In this document: positions 1-12,200 of the stretch, in pieces
Layout: each line of letters starts with the position of its first letter
How positions within the stretch are numbered: position 1 is the stretch's first letter
Assembly: GCA_030141605.1 (NCBI GenBank)
Contig: JAQGDQ010001406.1
Coordinates: forward strand, 1 to 42,362
Reading direction: 5' to 3'
Origin: Tubiluchus corallicola
Lineage: Eukaryota > Animalia > Priapulida
DNA: 42,362 bases
Translations under genes and position numbers: made by a program
The notes under the pieces: generated by a model
What the model was told of the DNA's origin: nothing
The model's input: only the letters and a program-made list of their open reading frames with translations
The model's database searches: none

Positions 1-592
1 AATACTGGGAAAGTTTGATACTAAGAACGTTCAGTACTGCTAAAGTTTGATGCTAGGAACGTTCAGTACTGGGAAAGCTTGATGCTAGGAACGTTCAGTA
101 CTGGGAAAGTTTGATGCTAGGAAAGTTTAATACTGGGAAAGTTTGATACTAAGAACGTTCAGTACTGGGAAAGTTTGATCCCAGGAACGTTCAGTAAAGG
201 GAAAGTTTGATGCTAGGAAAGTTTAATACTGGGAAAGTTTGATGCTAGGAACGTTCAGTACTGGGAAAGCTTGATGCTAGGAACGTTCAGTACTGGGAAA
301 GTTTGATGCTAGGAAAGTTTAATACTGGGAAAGTTTGATACTAAGAACGTTCAGTACTGGGAAAGTTTGATGCTATGAACGTTCAGTACTGGGAAAGTTT
401 GATACTAAGAACGTTCAGTACTGGGAAAGTTTGATGCTATGAACGTTCAATAAAGGGAAAGTTTGATGCTAGGAAAGTTTAATACTGGGAAAGTTTAATA
501 CTAAGAACGTTTAGTACTGGGAAAGTTTGATGCTATGAACGTTCAGTAAAGAGAAAGTTTGCTGCTAGAAAAGTTTAATGCTGGGAAAAACT
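1..592. repeat. 32-bp satellite (dimer of 16-mers), AGTACTGGGAAAGTTTGATGCTAGGAACGTTC; inverted copy of 3076-3667
   Basis: Period of 32 is visible (AAGTTTGA at 11, 43, ...). Variants match the reverse complement of the 3076-3667 array in the same order. Confidence 0.95.
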
Positions 593-1235
593 GGTACTAG
601 GAGAATCCGATACGTTGAAAATATATTTTTGCATACTCAAAATAGTTATAGAGGCTAATGTTGTTGCACTTGTTTTTATTTATTTTTTGTTTGTTTGTTT
701 TGTCTGTTGTATATTGTTTGTCATAGCTCGCTCTTTTGTTGTGATCTACCACTGTCATCATCATAGTCATCATCATTACTTTTGTCGCTGCTGTTGTGGC
801 TGTTTTTTGTTGTTGCTATTATTCTAATTCATTATATTGTGCTTTTTAAATTCCGTATTTTTGAGCTGCTTTGAAATTTTGATATGTTTTCTTTTTGTTT
901 TTTGGTATTAGCCCGAATATTGTCTGCAAACTGAGCACCAACGTAGAGTTTGTTGTAAATGAACTTTGCTCATTCAAGTTGTCCTGATATTACAACACTA
1001 ACAATGCAGATATAAGAACAATTAATATAATATAGTAATAAAAAAACTAACACAAATAAGCACTTTCCAATCATGTGTATATTTTTTCAGCTTACTTGCA
1101 CTTCCAAATTATATATTGTGTCTTGTCGTCAATCAAAAAGATGGCACTGCAAGCTGTTTGATGCTTAGCAAAGAGCTACAGCACTATGGGTGACACAGTG
1201 TAAACTTTACGATGTTCCGCTCACAGAACGTTTAT

Positions 1236-1568
1236 CTATTTCAATTCGCATCTTTGCTGATAATATATCTCATCCGAACAACATTTTTTGTACTTTTCTT
1301 CAGCTTCCGCGTACTTCTTTTCGAACCCTGACAGTGGTTTGCGTGGTCCAAGTTCAATTTTATCGGCCCCCGAGCATATAAAACATTTCTTTTGATGTTC
1401 CTCCATAGTAGGTGAGCCTTCCTTGCATCGTGCTAGAGCACCATCGGTATGCAGGTACGTCCCAAAGTTGCCATCAGTTCTGCCTCTGAGAGAAATGCAC
1501 TCGTTTGAACTATCGGACAGCATAACAAGAACGAAGACTACAAAAAGCAACTTTACAAAAAATGGCAT
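1236..1568 (-). CDS. Secreted cysteine-rich peptide precursor, 110 aa (neuropeptide-, toxin- or pheromone-like)
   Basis: Hydrophobic signal-like N-terminus (MPFFVKLLFVVFVLVMLS). Framework C48-x13-C62-x2-C65-x30-C96C97-x9-C107. A splice acceptor (ttttctttatcatcttacag) sits directly before the ATG. Composition is hydrophilic and non-repetitive. Confidence 0.7.
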   Translation of the reverse strand: MPFFVKLLFVVFVLVMLSDSSNECISLRGRTDGNFGTYLHTDGALARCKEGSPTMEEHQKKCFICSGADKIELGPRKPLSGFEKKYAEAEEKYKKCCSDEIYYQQRCELK

Positions 1569-1917
1569 CTGTAAGATGATAAAGAAAATAATCTCAAATG
1601 TGTAAAAGATTTCCTACAGCTTATGCAAGCCCATAGTTGAAAAGCCCAGGTTGAAAAGATTTCAGCTAAAGATAATATTAACCCTATTTATGTAGCTGTC
1701 TGCCCAGTAAAGTGGATCAGATAAAATAGCCAACCACTTGCGCCTCAGCCGTCCACTTTACTGTCACTTCAACAACACGCAAATACTGCTGTTATGTCAG
1801 GATCCCAGTTTTCTCTAGTGAAACCATAGAAACGTGTTTCTAGTTGTGACAAGTAACTGTTGCCATGGCGTTTGTTATCCAAAACAGAAGTTTAGTGACA
1901 AACGGAATCATAAAGGT

Positions 1918-2138
1918 GAACAACCAGCAAAGACACAAAACTTGAGACAGAAGCAAAATATGAACAATTAGCGAAGACAGAAGACTTGAGGTAGAAGCAC
2001 AAACACGAGAAACTAGAGAAGACACAAGACTTAAGGCAGGAGCCAAAAATGAACAACCAGCGATGACACAAGACTTGAGGTAGAAGCACAAAGTGAAGAA
2101 CCAGCGATGACACAAGACTTGAAGTAGAAGCACAAATT
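1918..2138. repeat. Degenerate 44-bp minisatellite, about 5 copies
   Basis: Unit GAACAACCAGCGATGACACAAGACTTGAGGTAGAAGCACAAAGT repeated with variants. Confidence 0.8.
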
Positions 2139-2359
2139 CAGATACAGATTTACTACACAAAGTGCATTTCGTGGGCTGAGGTCGCTCTGGTATTCGTCAT
2201 AGCCATTCCGACCCAGCCGAAGCTCCCGTAGTCGGGCAATTAATTAATTAACATTAATTGTCTAATTAGCGACCTATACACGAGCCGCCACTGGTCTTGT
2301 AGCATAGGTTTGGTTTTGCCTGAGGCCCACAATATGGAGTGAGAACCATCCTCCTTGGT

Positions 2360-3010
2360 GTTCCTACTGCTGGTGCTGGCAGTGGCAATGGTGATGGTGC
2401 AATACTGTTATGATGCTGCTATACAGCGGTACAGTGGCAGTGATGGCGATGATGGTTATCATATTTACACCCTACACCACGACAAACAGCACCTCTACAT
2501 GGTTTTCAATACTAACAATAACAACAGCAACAGCTGGAACAGCAAAGCCAACACCAACAGCAACAACAAAAACAAAAACAACAAGAACAGCAACAATAAT
2601 AATAACCACAATAGCAACAGCAACAACCGAAGAAAAGCAGTAATGGCAACAGCAAAAACAGTAATAACACCACCACCAACAACAAAACAACAAACGTTAC
2701 AATGACAAAAACAATGATGATAAAGAAGGGGACAACAAATGCAGAAACCAAGAAACTAATATACACCAAGAATAACAACAACAGGACCAGCAACAACTGC
2801 AGCAGAAGAACAACGATGATGACATCGACATTAATGAAAACGACAATAGCAACAACAAAAAACAGCCACAACAGCAGCGACAAAAGTAATGATGATGACT
2901 ATGATGATGACAGTGGTGGTAGATCACAACAAAAGAGCGAGCTATGACAAACAATATACAACAGACAAAACAAACAAACAAAAAATAAATAAAAACAAGT
3001 GCAACAACAT
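2360..3010. repeat. Degenerate trinucleotide low-complexity tract ((AAC)n/(GAT)n/(GGT)n)
   Basis: Runs of aacaac/aataat/gatgat that generate several spurious overlapping ORFs. Confidence 0.85.
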
Positions 3011-3075
3011 TAGCCTCTATAACTATTTTGAGTATGCAAAAATATATTTTCAACGTATCGGATTCTCCTAGTACC

Positions 3076-4296
3076 AGTTTTTCCCAGCATTAAACTTTTC
3101 TAGCAGCAAACTTTCTCTTTACTGAACGTTCATAGCATCAAACTTTCCCAGTACTAAACGTTCTTAGTATTAAACTTTCCCAGTATTAAACTTTCCTAGC
3201 ATCAAACTTTCCCTTTATTGAACGTTCATAGCATCAAACTTTCCCAGTACTGAACGTTCTTAGTATCAAACTTTCCCAGTACTGAACGTTCATAGCATCA
3301 AACTTTCCCAGTACTGAACGTTCTTAGTATCAAACTTTCCCAGTATTAAACTTTCCTAGCATCAAACTTTCCCAGTACTGAACGTTCCTAGCATCAAGCT
3401 TTCCCAGTACTGAACGTTCCTAGCATCAAACTTTCCCAGTATTAAACTTTCCTAGCATCAAACTTTCCCTTTACTGAACGTTCCTGGGATCAAACTTTCC
3501 CAGTACTGAACGTTCTTAGTATCAAACTTTCCCAGTATTAAACTTTCCTAGCATCAAACTTTCCCAGTACTGAACGTTCCTAGCATCAAGCTTTCCCAGT
3601 ACTGAACGTTCCTAGCATCAAACTTTAGCAGTACTGAACGTTCTTAGTATCAAACTTTCCCAGTATTAAACTTTCCTAGCATCAAACTTTCCCTTTATTG
3701 AACGTTCATGGCATCAAACTTTCCCTGTACTGAACTTTCTTAGTATCAAACTTTCCCAGTACTGAACGTTCTTAGTATCAAACTTTCCCAGTACTGAACG
3801 TTCTTAGTATCAAACTTTCCCAGTACTGAACGTTCTTAGTATCAAACTTTCCCAGTACTGAACGTTCTTAGTATCAAACTTTCCCAGTATTAAACTTTTC
3901 TAGCATCAAACTTTCCCAGTACTGAACGTTCCTAGCATCAAACTTTCCCTTTATTGAACGTTCATAGCATCAAACTTTCCCAGTACTGAACGTTCTTAGT
4001 ATCAAACTTTCCCAGTATTAAACTTTCCTAGCATCAAACTTTCCCAGTACTGAACGTTCCTAGCATCAAGCTTTCCCAGTACTGAACGTTCCTAGCATCA
4101 AACTTTCCCAGTATTAAACTTTCCTAGCATCAAACTTTCCCTTTACTGAACGTTCCTGGGATCAAACTTTCCCAGTACTGAACGTTCTTAGTATCAAACT
4201 TTCCCAGTATTAAACTTTCCTAGCATCAAACTTTCCCAGTACTGAACGTTCCTAGCATCAAGCTTTCCCTTTACTGAACGTTCCTGGGATCAAACT
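3076..4296. repeat. 32-bp satellite, about 38 units, same family as 1-592 in the opposite orientation
   Basis: CAAACTTTCCCAGTACTGAACGTTCCTAGCAT units. Variant blocks recur (e.g. TTCCTGGGATC at about 3481, 4153 and 4281). Confidence 0.95.
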
Positions 4297-5983
4297 TGTC
4301 CTAAAAGATTTTTACCTTGCACCCTCTTTATATGTACCAAAAAATGTTTAGCAAAACTTTGGAGTACTGCATTTACCAATACCATATTTGCTTTGCAGCA
4401 AATTTTCCTGGTAGCAAAATTTCCTAGGATCAAACTTACCGACGCTAAATTTACTACTACCATACTACTACCAAACTTACATTTACCCACATAAGACAAC
4501 ACGCTCTATATTAAAACCAGAAACCGGTAGATGGCAGTGCCAACCTCGTGAACGGAGACTGTCCCGTGTTACTGCAGAAAATCAAGAGCTCTTGGGATCT
4601 GTAGAGGAGAGGAACTCATCGAAGCGAGTTGCTTATAAAGTATTTAACCCCACATTGGGAACCCCCTGCAATTCCCCTGAGTATTTTCGAGCTGCACCGT
4701 GTTGAATTTACACGCATGAGACCACAGGTGCATTAATTAAAGATAGAAACCGGTAGATGGCAGCAGCAACCTCGTGGCGGGAGACTTTGCCCGTTTGGTT
4801 CAGTGCAGACAGAACAACAAATTTAAGAAACTGTATACAATTAGGAAGTATTGTGAAATGATATAGTTAATAATAATAATTCCATTCTGTAATGTTACGA
4901 GGCTTTTGAAATCTGTTATAAATTGTGAGTCTTTTGGCGCATTATAACAAACTAACAACTTAGTTTACGTTATTAACAGGTTTTTGCACGTGTTTAGATG
5001 CCGCTTTTGTGGCGCAACTCTGATAAAAGAGGAGGCAAGACAAAGGGAGAGCTAATTAGCCAAACTATGCTCAAATATTGGAAAAGAGACGTCTAGACGC
5101 CATCAGGTCTGACACTTTTGCTTGGTTTCTGTGCTGCAATGGCTTTCTGTTGTACTTCTTGAATGGATCGTGCAAGACATTTTGTTTTGACAATTAACAA
5201 TGGTCGCTAAGTGAGGTTGACATTATATAGTGGGCATTACAACGAGGTTTAACAGTACCTCGTAAAATGTTACAGTACCAGTTGGGGTAATAATCAAATT
5301 TCTAGAATAATGACTAAAGTATACAGGCTTATATTTTTCACAGTTTAATTCAATAATGCAGCCTAAAGTTCCAAGCAACAAACGTTTATTAAAGTAGCGC
5401 ACGAATTTTGTAAAACTCATATCCTTTTAGGTATATATCAATTTTTTTTCTTCATAGAAATTCGTGTCACCAAAGTTTCTTATTTGGGTTTTTTTTGAAA
5501 TGCGTTGCGCTGATTAATAAATTTGCTGACAATTTTTAATTCTGCACCCAGCAATTTGTTCCTATAAATTCACAGATTTAGTCACAGAAAGCCCAAAAGT
5601 CACACAAAACTGACTGATTGGTAATGTTGTAATGCAAAGTAATGAGCTCTAAACTTGGAAAAGAAAATTTAGGAAAACCTTTACGGCTTTTTGTTCTAAT
5701 GTGCAAATAAGTCTGCCAAAAAAGACTGCTGTAAATCTTTCAATCAAAATTTTGCTCATGATTCACAACTTATCTAAAATTTTTGACACATATAAATGTA
5801 TTAAAATTCAATTGTCTTTTGGGAATTTGAATGGGGCTTGGCATATTGCTAAGTAACTTTTTGTCATTAAATGAGCCAAATTTGCGAAGTTATAAGTCAA
5901 AAGCCTGGCGTGAATCAGAGAATATTGCTGTAATTTGCCCACTTTACATTAGGGCAGCTAAATAACTGCTGTGACGCATCACA

Positions 5984-6500
5984 CCCCTTGTGTTACCTGT
6001 TGCCCTTGTGTTACCTGTTGCCCTTTGTGTTACCTGTTACCCCTTGTGTTACCTGTTGCCCCTTGTGTTACCTGTTACCCCTTGTGTTACCCGTTGCCCC
6101 TTGTGTTACCTGTTGCCCCTTGTGTTACCTGTTGCCATTGTGGTACCTGTTGCCCTTGTATTACCTGTTGCCCTTGTGTTACCTGTTGCCCTTGTATTAC
6201 CTGTTGCCCTTGTGTTACCTGTTACCCCTTGTGTTACCTGTTGCCCATTGTGCCACCTGTTGCCCTTGTATTACCTGTTGCCCTTGTGGTACCTGTTGCC
6301 CTTGTATTACCTGTTGCCCTTGTGGTACCTGTTGCCCTTGTGTTACCTGTTGCCCTTGTATTACCTGTTGCCCTTGTATTACCTGTTGCCCTTGTGGTAC
6401 CTGTTGCCCTTGTGTTACCTGTTACCCCTTGTGTTACCTGTTGCCCCTTGTGTTACCTGTTGCCCCTTGTGTTACCTGTTGCCCTTGTGTTACCTGTTGC
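5984..6500. repeat. 18/19-bp minisatellite (TGTTACCTGTTGCCC(C)TTG), about 28 copies
   Basis: Direct tandem repetition; explains the three overlapping Cys/Pro/Leu-rich ORFs. Confidence 0.95.
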
Positions 6501-6999
6501 GTCCCCGACAATTTTTTCACATCGTCTAACATCGTCGATGAGCGATTCTATTTCCTGCAAAGGAAGCGGAAGTCGTATCTCTCTGGGAACGCATTTTACG
6601 CTATGTAGGGAGAAAGGGAGGTTCTCACTGAAATCCCAATTAAAAATTCTAAATCGAGAGAGTCGTAATGCTTCGTATTTATTTGTATGTGACGCATATC
6701 TAGGCTTATATTATGTTAGTGTAATTTCAATTTAAAAAATGCAGTCTAGTACCAAAGCCGTACTTTGTTTTAAAGCCAAACCTTACATCCTAGTTAATTA
6801 AAATTTATATAAGTGAAGTTTGAAACGATATAAAATCAATAAAAAACTGATGCGCAGAAATTATCTCATTGAAAAACCTAAACAATACAATAATTAACAC
6901 AACAGCGTCACAGTTATTTAACAGCACTCTACAGCAGCTACAGAACTCGACCAACTACAGCACGTATTAAACAATGGCTCAAACAAACCACGTGTAGTT

Positions 7000-7160
7000 G
7001 GGCAGCGGAAACACGAGTTGAATTAATGGCGGCATTTCTCTCACGGATAAGCCTGGGATAAAAACTTTGCTGCTGTAAATTGTGATTGGACAAGTTTCGA
7101 TTAAACCACGCCTTCAAGCTCCGTGTCTGAAATTGTAATGAGTGTGCTTTCATGTTGGAA
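7000..7160 (-). mobile_element. Possible 3' ORF2 remnant of a CR1-group LINE
   Basis: Minus-strand translation ...HSLQFQ...SFYPRLIRERNA resembles the CR1-type C-terminal SFFPRTIREWN motif. Confidence 0.35.
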
Positions 7161-7879
7161 AATACTGTGAATGCATACAGCTCCGTCGTTTGTGTAGTAT
7201 GATGATTTCACAAAGCTTATAGCCTACTGACATTATAATAATACAATACGAGTGTAAAGCGTTAATAAATATTAGCAATAATAGTTAATTATTAGAAATG
7301 TACATACAAGTGCTTTTTACACTGTAATTATTAAAATAAAAAGTTTTACGGTGGTTCTACTGAACCTACTTTTGCAGCCGTCGTGTTCACAGCTAAATTC
7401 TCTTCTTGAAGCAGCTTGGAGGCAACACAGACGCAAGAAACCAACACGCGCCATGTCATGAAGTGTTACCACTGAACTATTGCTTATTTTAGTGTCAAGT
7501 CTTTATTGCCATGAAGCAAATCTTAGTGACGGCCAATGGGTAGATTTACACATTTCCAGTTGATTACACAATATATGTAACATTATATCTCAATAAAAAG
7601 TATTATCTCGATGATTCAAAGATTAACATCGTAGCAAAAAGATTTTCTATTTTACTTGCGCGGTAAATTCGATTCGTTTGTTCCGAGTGTACTGTACGTC
7701 TCACTTTCCAAGTGCAATCATGTGACCTATACGCGGGAAGAAAGAACAAACCAATCGGAAATTTTGATCACATAATCCATAATTTCGGAACACTCGCACG
7801 AATTCACAATTAACGATCCCAGTGTTTTAACAGAGAAGTTCAGACCAAAGATCTGTTACAAATCGTCTTTGCTCTCAGT

Positions 7880-8700
7880 TACAGAAGGCATGCAGTGGAT
7901 GTGTTGCATGTACGGACTGCAAGCCACTGTTTTTCAGATCTTTCTGTAAGCATTGCTCAAAAGAAGTGTGTAATAACGTTTACCCATCACATTGTTCCAA
8001 ATATTGACGTATCAAGGTGAATCATCAGTCACTAAAGCCACTCCTTGGATGTTTCAAACTTGTTTTTTGTTGTATCTAAAATGTTTCCATGCCATGTTCT
8101 TGCTCGTTAGTCACCAGCAGCATTGTTAGTTAACAATCATATGAATAAATTTCCTGTGTCGAATGCATTGTAACTTCCATTCCAGGTGCTCCAAAAGTTG
8201 ACATACCATTGTCATGATGAGAAATATAAAATCTTCTTGATCTAATCCATCGACAATATCACCTGGAAATTACAACAGGTTGACCTGGGCTCATGCCTTT
8301 CATGTAATTTGTGTAGCGTATTTAAACAGCTAGGAATAGAGTCAATGTAGCATCAGCATTCACTTTTTCCACCCATCACTGTGCAAATACACTGTGAACA
8401 TCACGTTCATTTAGACGTTCTCCATTAGAAATGTTGTTGTCGCAGATAATATTAGTTAGATCTTTCCATGTACTTACACGATTAAATGTGAGTTCGCTTT
8501 CCCTAGCTAGAATGATCCACAAAACTGTTGTGACAATACATTCATGAATGCCAGACAAGACCAACCTTGTCAAACAATTACTTGGCCCAACGCATATTAA
8601 AATTCCCAAAAATAGTTTTCTGCTAATATTCACAATGTAGTGACTTTTATCTTGAAAATGCAAATCTTTAATTGTGGTCACCTTTCATATCATTTTATAT
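7880..8700 (-). mobile_element. Decayed Mutator-like (MULE) transposase, copy 1
   Basis: KDLTNIICDNNISNGERLNERDVHSV..WVEKVN followed by DFIF-like and FGAPG segments. Colinear DNA similarity to 11650-11990. Contains stops and frameshifts. Confidence 0.6.
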
Positions 8701-8964
8701 GCATGATGCGTTAAGTAATTACCAGAACACGTCTAAATTAGCACAAGAAACAGCTTGTTATCACCAGAATTTTGTTCAGACGCCCGATTTGATTTAACGG
8801 TTTTTTCGTATCAAATTTCAGGGTAGTTTAGATGGTCTGCTGGTAAAACTTTAATAGTCTGGCTGCGTTTGCTACACTGGCAATGCGCATACGCAGGTTC
8901 ATGTAAGCTACGCTGAGGAAAATAATTGCTGGTCTTGGCGAGCACACATATATCTTCTTCATTC

Positions 8965-9310
8965 CCGTAGGCGGGGCTTTGTATACGCTGCCGATCTGTG
9001 TATTAGCGCCTAGTCTGTGACGTCACGGAAAAATGTGCACACCGTCACGCATTTGCTCAACAGTTCCCGAACCCGATTGAACAGGCGGTAACCCAACAAA
9101 CATGGTGGACTTTACATTGGGTTATGTTCCTTATTTTGTGCAAAGGGCTATCGGTCGCTGGCATTTCGAACTACGATTGGCTGCTTTAATGACGCCATGG
9201 CAAGTGAGGCTCGTGAAACCTTAAAACGCTTAGTGAGATTCATTTAGTTTTGCATTTAGCTCACTTGCATCATAAAGAGAAAAAACACTGCAGAAAGTTG
9301 TGAGTATCAA
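8965..9310. promoter_or_regulatory. Promoter-like motif cluster
   Basis: GC box GGCGGGGC at 8970, palindromic CRE GTGACGTCAC at 9017-9026, reverse CCAAT (ATTGG) near 9116 and 9176, and a donor-like GTGAGT near 9300. No linked gene identified. Confidence 0.3.
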
Positions 9311-9691
9311 AATATGGTATTTTCATGTTTATGGTATATAAAGTGCTTATAACAAATTAGACACGCATTGAACTGTTTTTATTCGTAAAACATGTTTGAT
9401 TTTTGCTTTGAACTAAGTCATAAAATTTAATGTAGCATCGAGAAGAAGATGAAATTTTTTTTCGTTCATATATTTTTGCAATGTAATACAATCATGCTAG
9501 TTCACATTAAGCTAGAGAGTCACATCTTCATGGTAACTTTACATCATATAGTTTTCCACTTGTGAATGAAATATTGACAGATAAAGAGAACTGTTTTCTT
9601 TTCCTTTCAAATTTTTAAACCAGCACACATTGCTCTCTTTAAGTAGCAAGCTTTCCCCTTGTTTTGTGACACTTACCTAGCGGATGGGGTA

Positions 9692-10356
9692 AGTATACTG
9701 ATGAAGTATATGTTTCAGTATACTGATGAAGAATATGTTTTAGTATACTGATGAAGTATATGTTTCAGTATACTGATGAAGAATATGTTTTAGTATACTG
9801 ATGAAGTATATGTTTCAGTATACTGATGAAGAATATGTTTTAGTATACTGACGAAGTATGTGTTTTAGTATACTGATGAAGTATATGTTTTAGTATACTG
9901 ATGAAGAATATGTTTTAGTATACTGATGAAGTATGTGTTTTAGTATACTGATGAAGTATATGTTTTAGTATACTGATGAAGTATATGTTTTAGTATACTG
10001 ATGAAGTATATATTTTAGCATACTGATGAAGAATATGTTTTAGTATACTGATGAAGTATGTGTTTTAGTATACTGATGAAGTATATGTTTTAGTATACTG
10101 ATGAAGAATATGTTTTAGTATACTGATGAAGTATATGTTTTAGTATACTGATGAAGTATATGTTTTAGTATACTGATGAAGTATATGTTTTAGTATACTG
10201 ATGAAGTATATGTTTTAGTATACTGATGAAGTATATGTTTTAGTATACTGATGAAGTATATGTTTTAGTATACTGATGAAGTATATGTTTTAGTATACTG
10301 ATGAAGAATATGTTTTAGTATACTGATGATGTATATGTTTTAGTATACTGATGAAG
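9692..10356. repeat. 25-bp minisatellite AGTATACTGATGAAGTATATGTTTT, about 26.5 copies
   Basis: Near-perfect period of 25. Confidence 0.95.
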
Positions 10357-10664
10357 GTACGATGTTTCTGTTATCTTTAAAAATGAGCTTAAATTGTTCA
10401 GTTAACAGTTTTGAAATATTCATCAGAAAAACGCAAAACCTGGAAAAATGGAACACAATCTCATAATTTCATTTTGTGCACGTGAATAATAATAGTGATA
10501 ATAATAATAATAATCTAGAATATCATACTACAAATTGACATATTTTATATAGCACATGCATGCAAAGACATAGAATTAATTGAATGTTGTGCCCTTTGTT
10601 ACTCTTTGTGTTATAGCTTACCAGAAGTTAGGTAAATTCCTGCAACACAATTCAGTTTTTACAA

Positions 10665-11125
10665 CATAGTCATAGTCATAGTCATTTATTTCACCATAAA
10701 CATTTACAGGTTACATATACAATATCAGTGAAAGGGCCTACAATGGATATAATACAAATAAAAAATACTGCACAGAAAAGCCTCAAGCACTATTTACTTA
10801 TACACGAATGTAAATGTGTTGTGGGCAATCAAAAAGCAGGGCTTGTTAGATTGTCCCACACAGTGATAGAGAAAAAAAAGTAATGGAGATAATCTGAAAA
10901 TTTAAAGTGAATCGTGATAAAAAAAACGTTAGTGCTTAAAATGGAATGATGTAATGAATTAAACTCATATATGGAATGATATAAAAGATAGAAAGACTAT
11001 TATTTTTTAATAGTATGTAAAATTAAAATAACTTGATTAAGTTAACACCACTGTTTTGCAACTACTGTGAGTTGCATAATACATGTTCAGTTTTTAAGCG
11101 AAGTTTTTTTTAACATTATCGTATT
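10665..11125 (-). mobile_element. 3' end of an L2/CR1-group (Crack/Daphne-like) LINE
   Basis: The minus strand reads AATAAA followed by a (TGACTA)3 tail at 10665-10690, with an ACAAGCCC-type 3'UTR motif at about 10830-10850. Confidence 0.5.
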
Positions 11126-11169
11126 CAAAATCATTTTCCTTCTAAAACAACTGCATTTCTTCTGTCTTG

Positions 11170-12200
11170 CATCTGCAAGTGCTTCTTCTTTTTTCTTCAT
11201 GCTCAGGTTTGGTAATGAATGTTGGCGTTTATTTTTTGCTTTTGTTTTCTAGTTGAGGAAAACTAAGGTACCTGTTTGTCTGCTTTGCTATGAGCAGCTT
11301 TGTTGTTGTTTGCTATTGGATCATCTAGTCAGTAAGCATAAGGTCACATTCGTGGTGTATCGCCACTGTGTAGTACTGCAAGAAGTACTCTGCAGTTGTA
11401 TCTTATGCAGCTGATCCAGCTTCTCATATAAAATTTCTTTGCAAGACATTTCCATTATTATTTTTAAAACCTTGCTGATTACTTCCTTTTTCATCACTTC
11501 CTTTGACCTGAATTAGGTTCGTCATCAGTCATTAGAAATACGTCACTAAATGGATACAGCAATCTTGATTAGTTGCCTCTAAAAATGCATCTGTGCCATG
11601 TTGATCAAATCTGTTGATGAAACAAAAAGCAGCTGGAAAACTCTTTAATGTTCGTCAGTCACCATCAATATTGTTCGCTAATAACCGGATACGTCGAGTC
11701 TCCATGCATTCCATGTGAATCCATTGAAACTTCTTTTCCAGGTGTTCCGAAAGTTCTCAATACAGTTTGTCATGCTCCTGTCATGATGAATAATATAAAA
11801 TCTTGTTGATTTAGTCCAATAGCAATATTACATGAAAATTTGCTGTATACCACACCAGTATGATTGCAGTTTTCTGTATCATCTGCATTCAACTTTTCTA
11901 TCCTTGCAAGTACACTATAAACATCATATTCATGTAGACGTTCCCCACTTGAAATATTGTAGTCGTTGATAATATTAACTAGATCTATACATCATCTTTC
12001 ATCCTCTCGGCATACTTTAGCTCGTATGTTGTAGAATACTGTGTGAATGGATATTCTACCATTTCTGCCATTAAGCTGGTTTCTTCAATGGAATTTTATT
12101 AGGTAACTCACCTTTGCAGCTAACTCATACATTGTTGTTGAAACTGGTGTTCTGTTGGTATGATAAAACAATCAGCGTCCCAAAGTGTAATGACTGCAGA
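11170..12200 (-). mobile_element. Decayed Mutator-like (MULE) transposase, copy 2
   Basis: Minus translation DLVNIINDYNISSGERLHEYDVYSVLARIEKL...GLNQQDFILFIMTGA*QTVLRTFGTPGKEVSMDSHG / ILMVTDEH / FPAAFCFINRFD / FLMTDD fits MULE motifs (D-S-T-H-G, DE..G.PVAF, FMSDD). Contains stops and frameshifts. Confidence 0.7.

Larger units (their letters stand above)
1..3667. repeat. Long inverted repeat: arms 1-820 and 2845-3667, spacer 821-2844
   Basis: Paired coordinates sum to 3668 (e.g. 601/3067; mirrored ORFs start at 615 and 3053), then to 3665 after a 3-bp CAC indel. Similarity ends at ...TGTTGCTATT (820/2845). Confidence 0.95.

Noticed and set aside
1880-1912. MIPFVTKLLF resembling the peptide's MPFFVKLLF start
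   Set aside because: DNA similarity is low and there is no downstream Cys framework, so it is probably chance.
2355-3071. Asn/Thr/Cys/Leu-rich ORFs on both strands (also 615-827)
   Set aside because: They arise from degenerate trinucleotide repeats.
5971-6735. Cys-rich 'metallothionein/keratin-associated-like' ORFs in three frames
   Set aside because: These are translations of an 18/19-bp minisatellite, and the mixed unit lengths shuffle the frames.
9669-9690. ACTTACCT resembling the U1 snRNA 5' end
   Set aside because: The downstream sequence does not follow U1.
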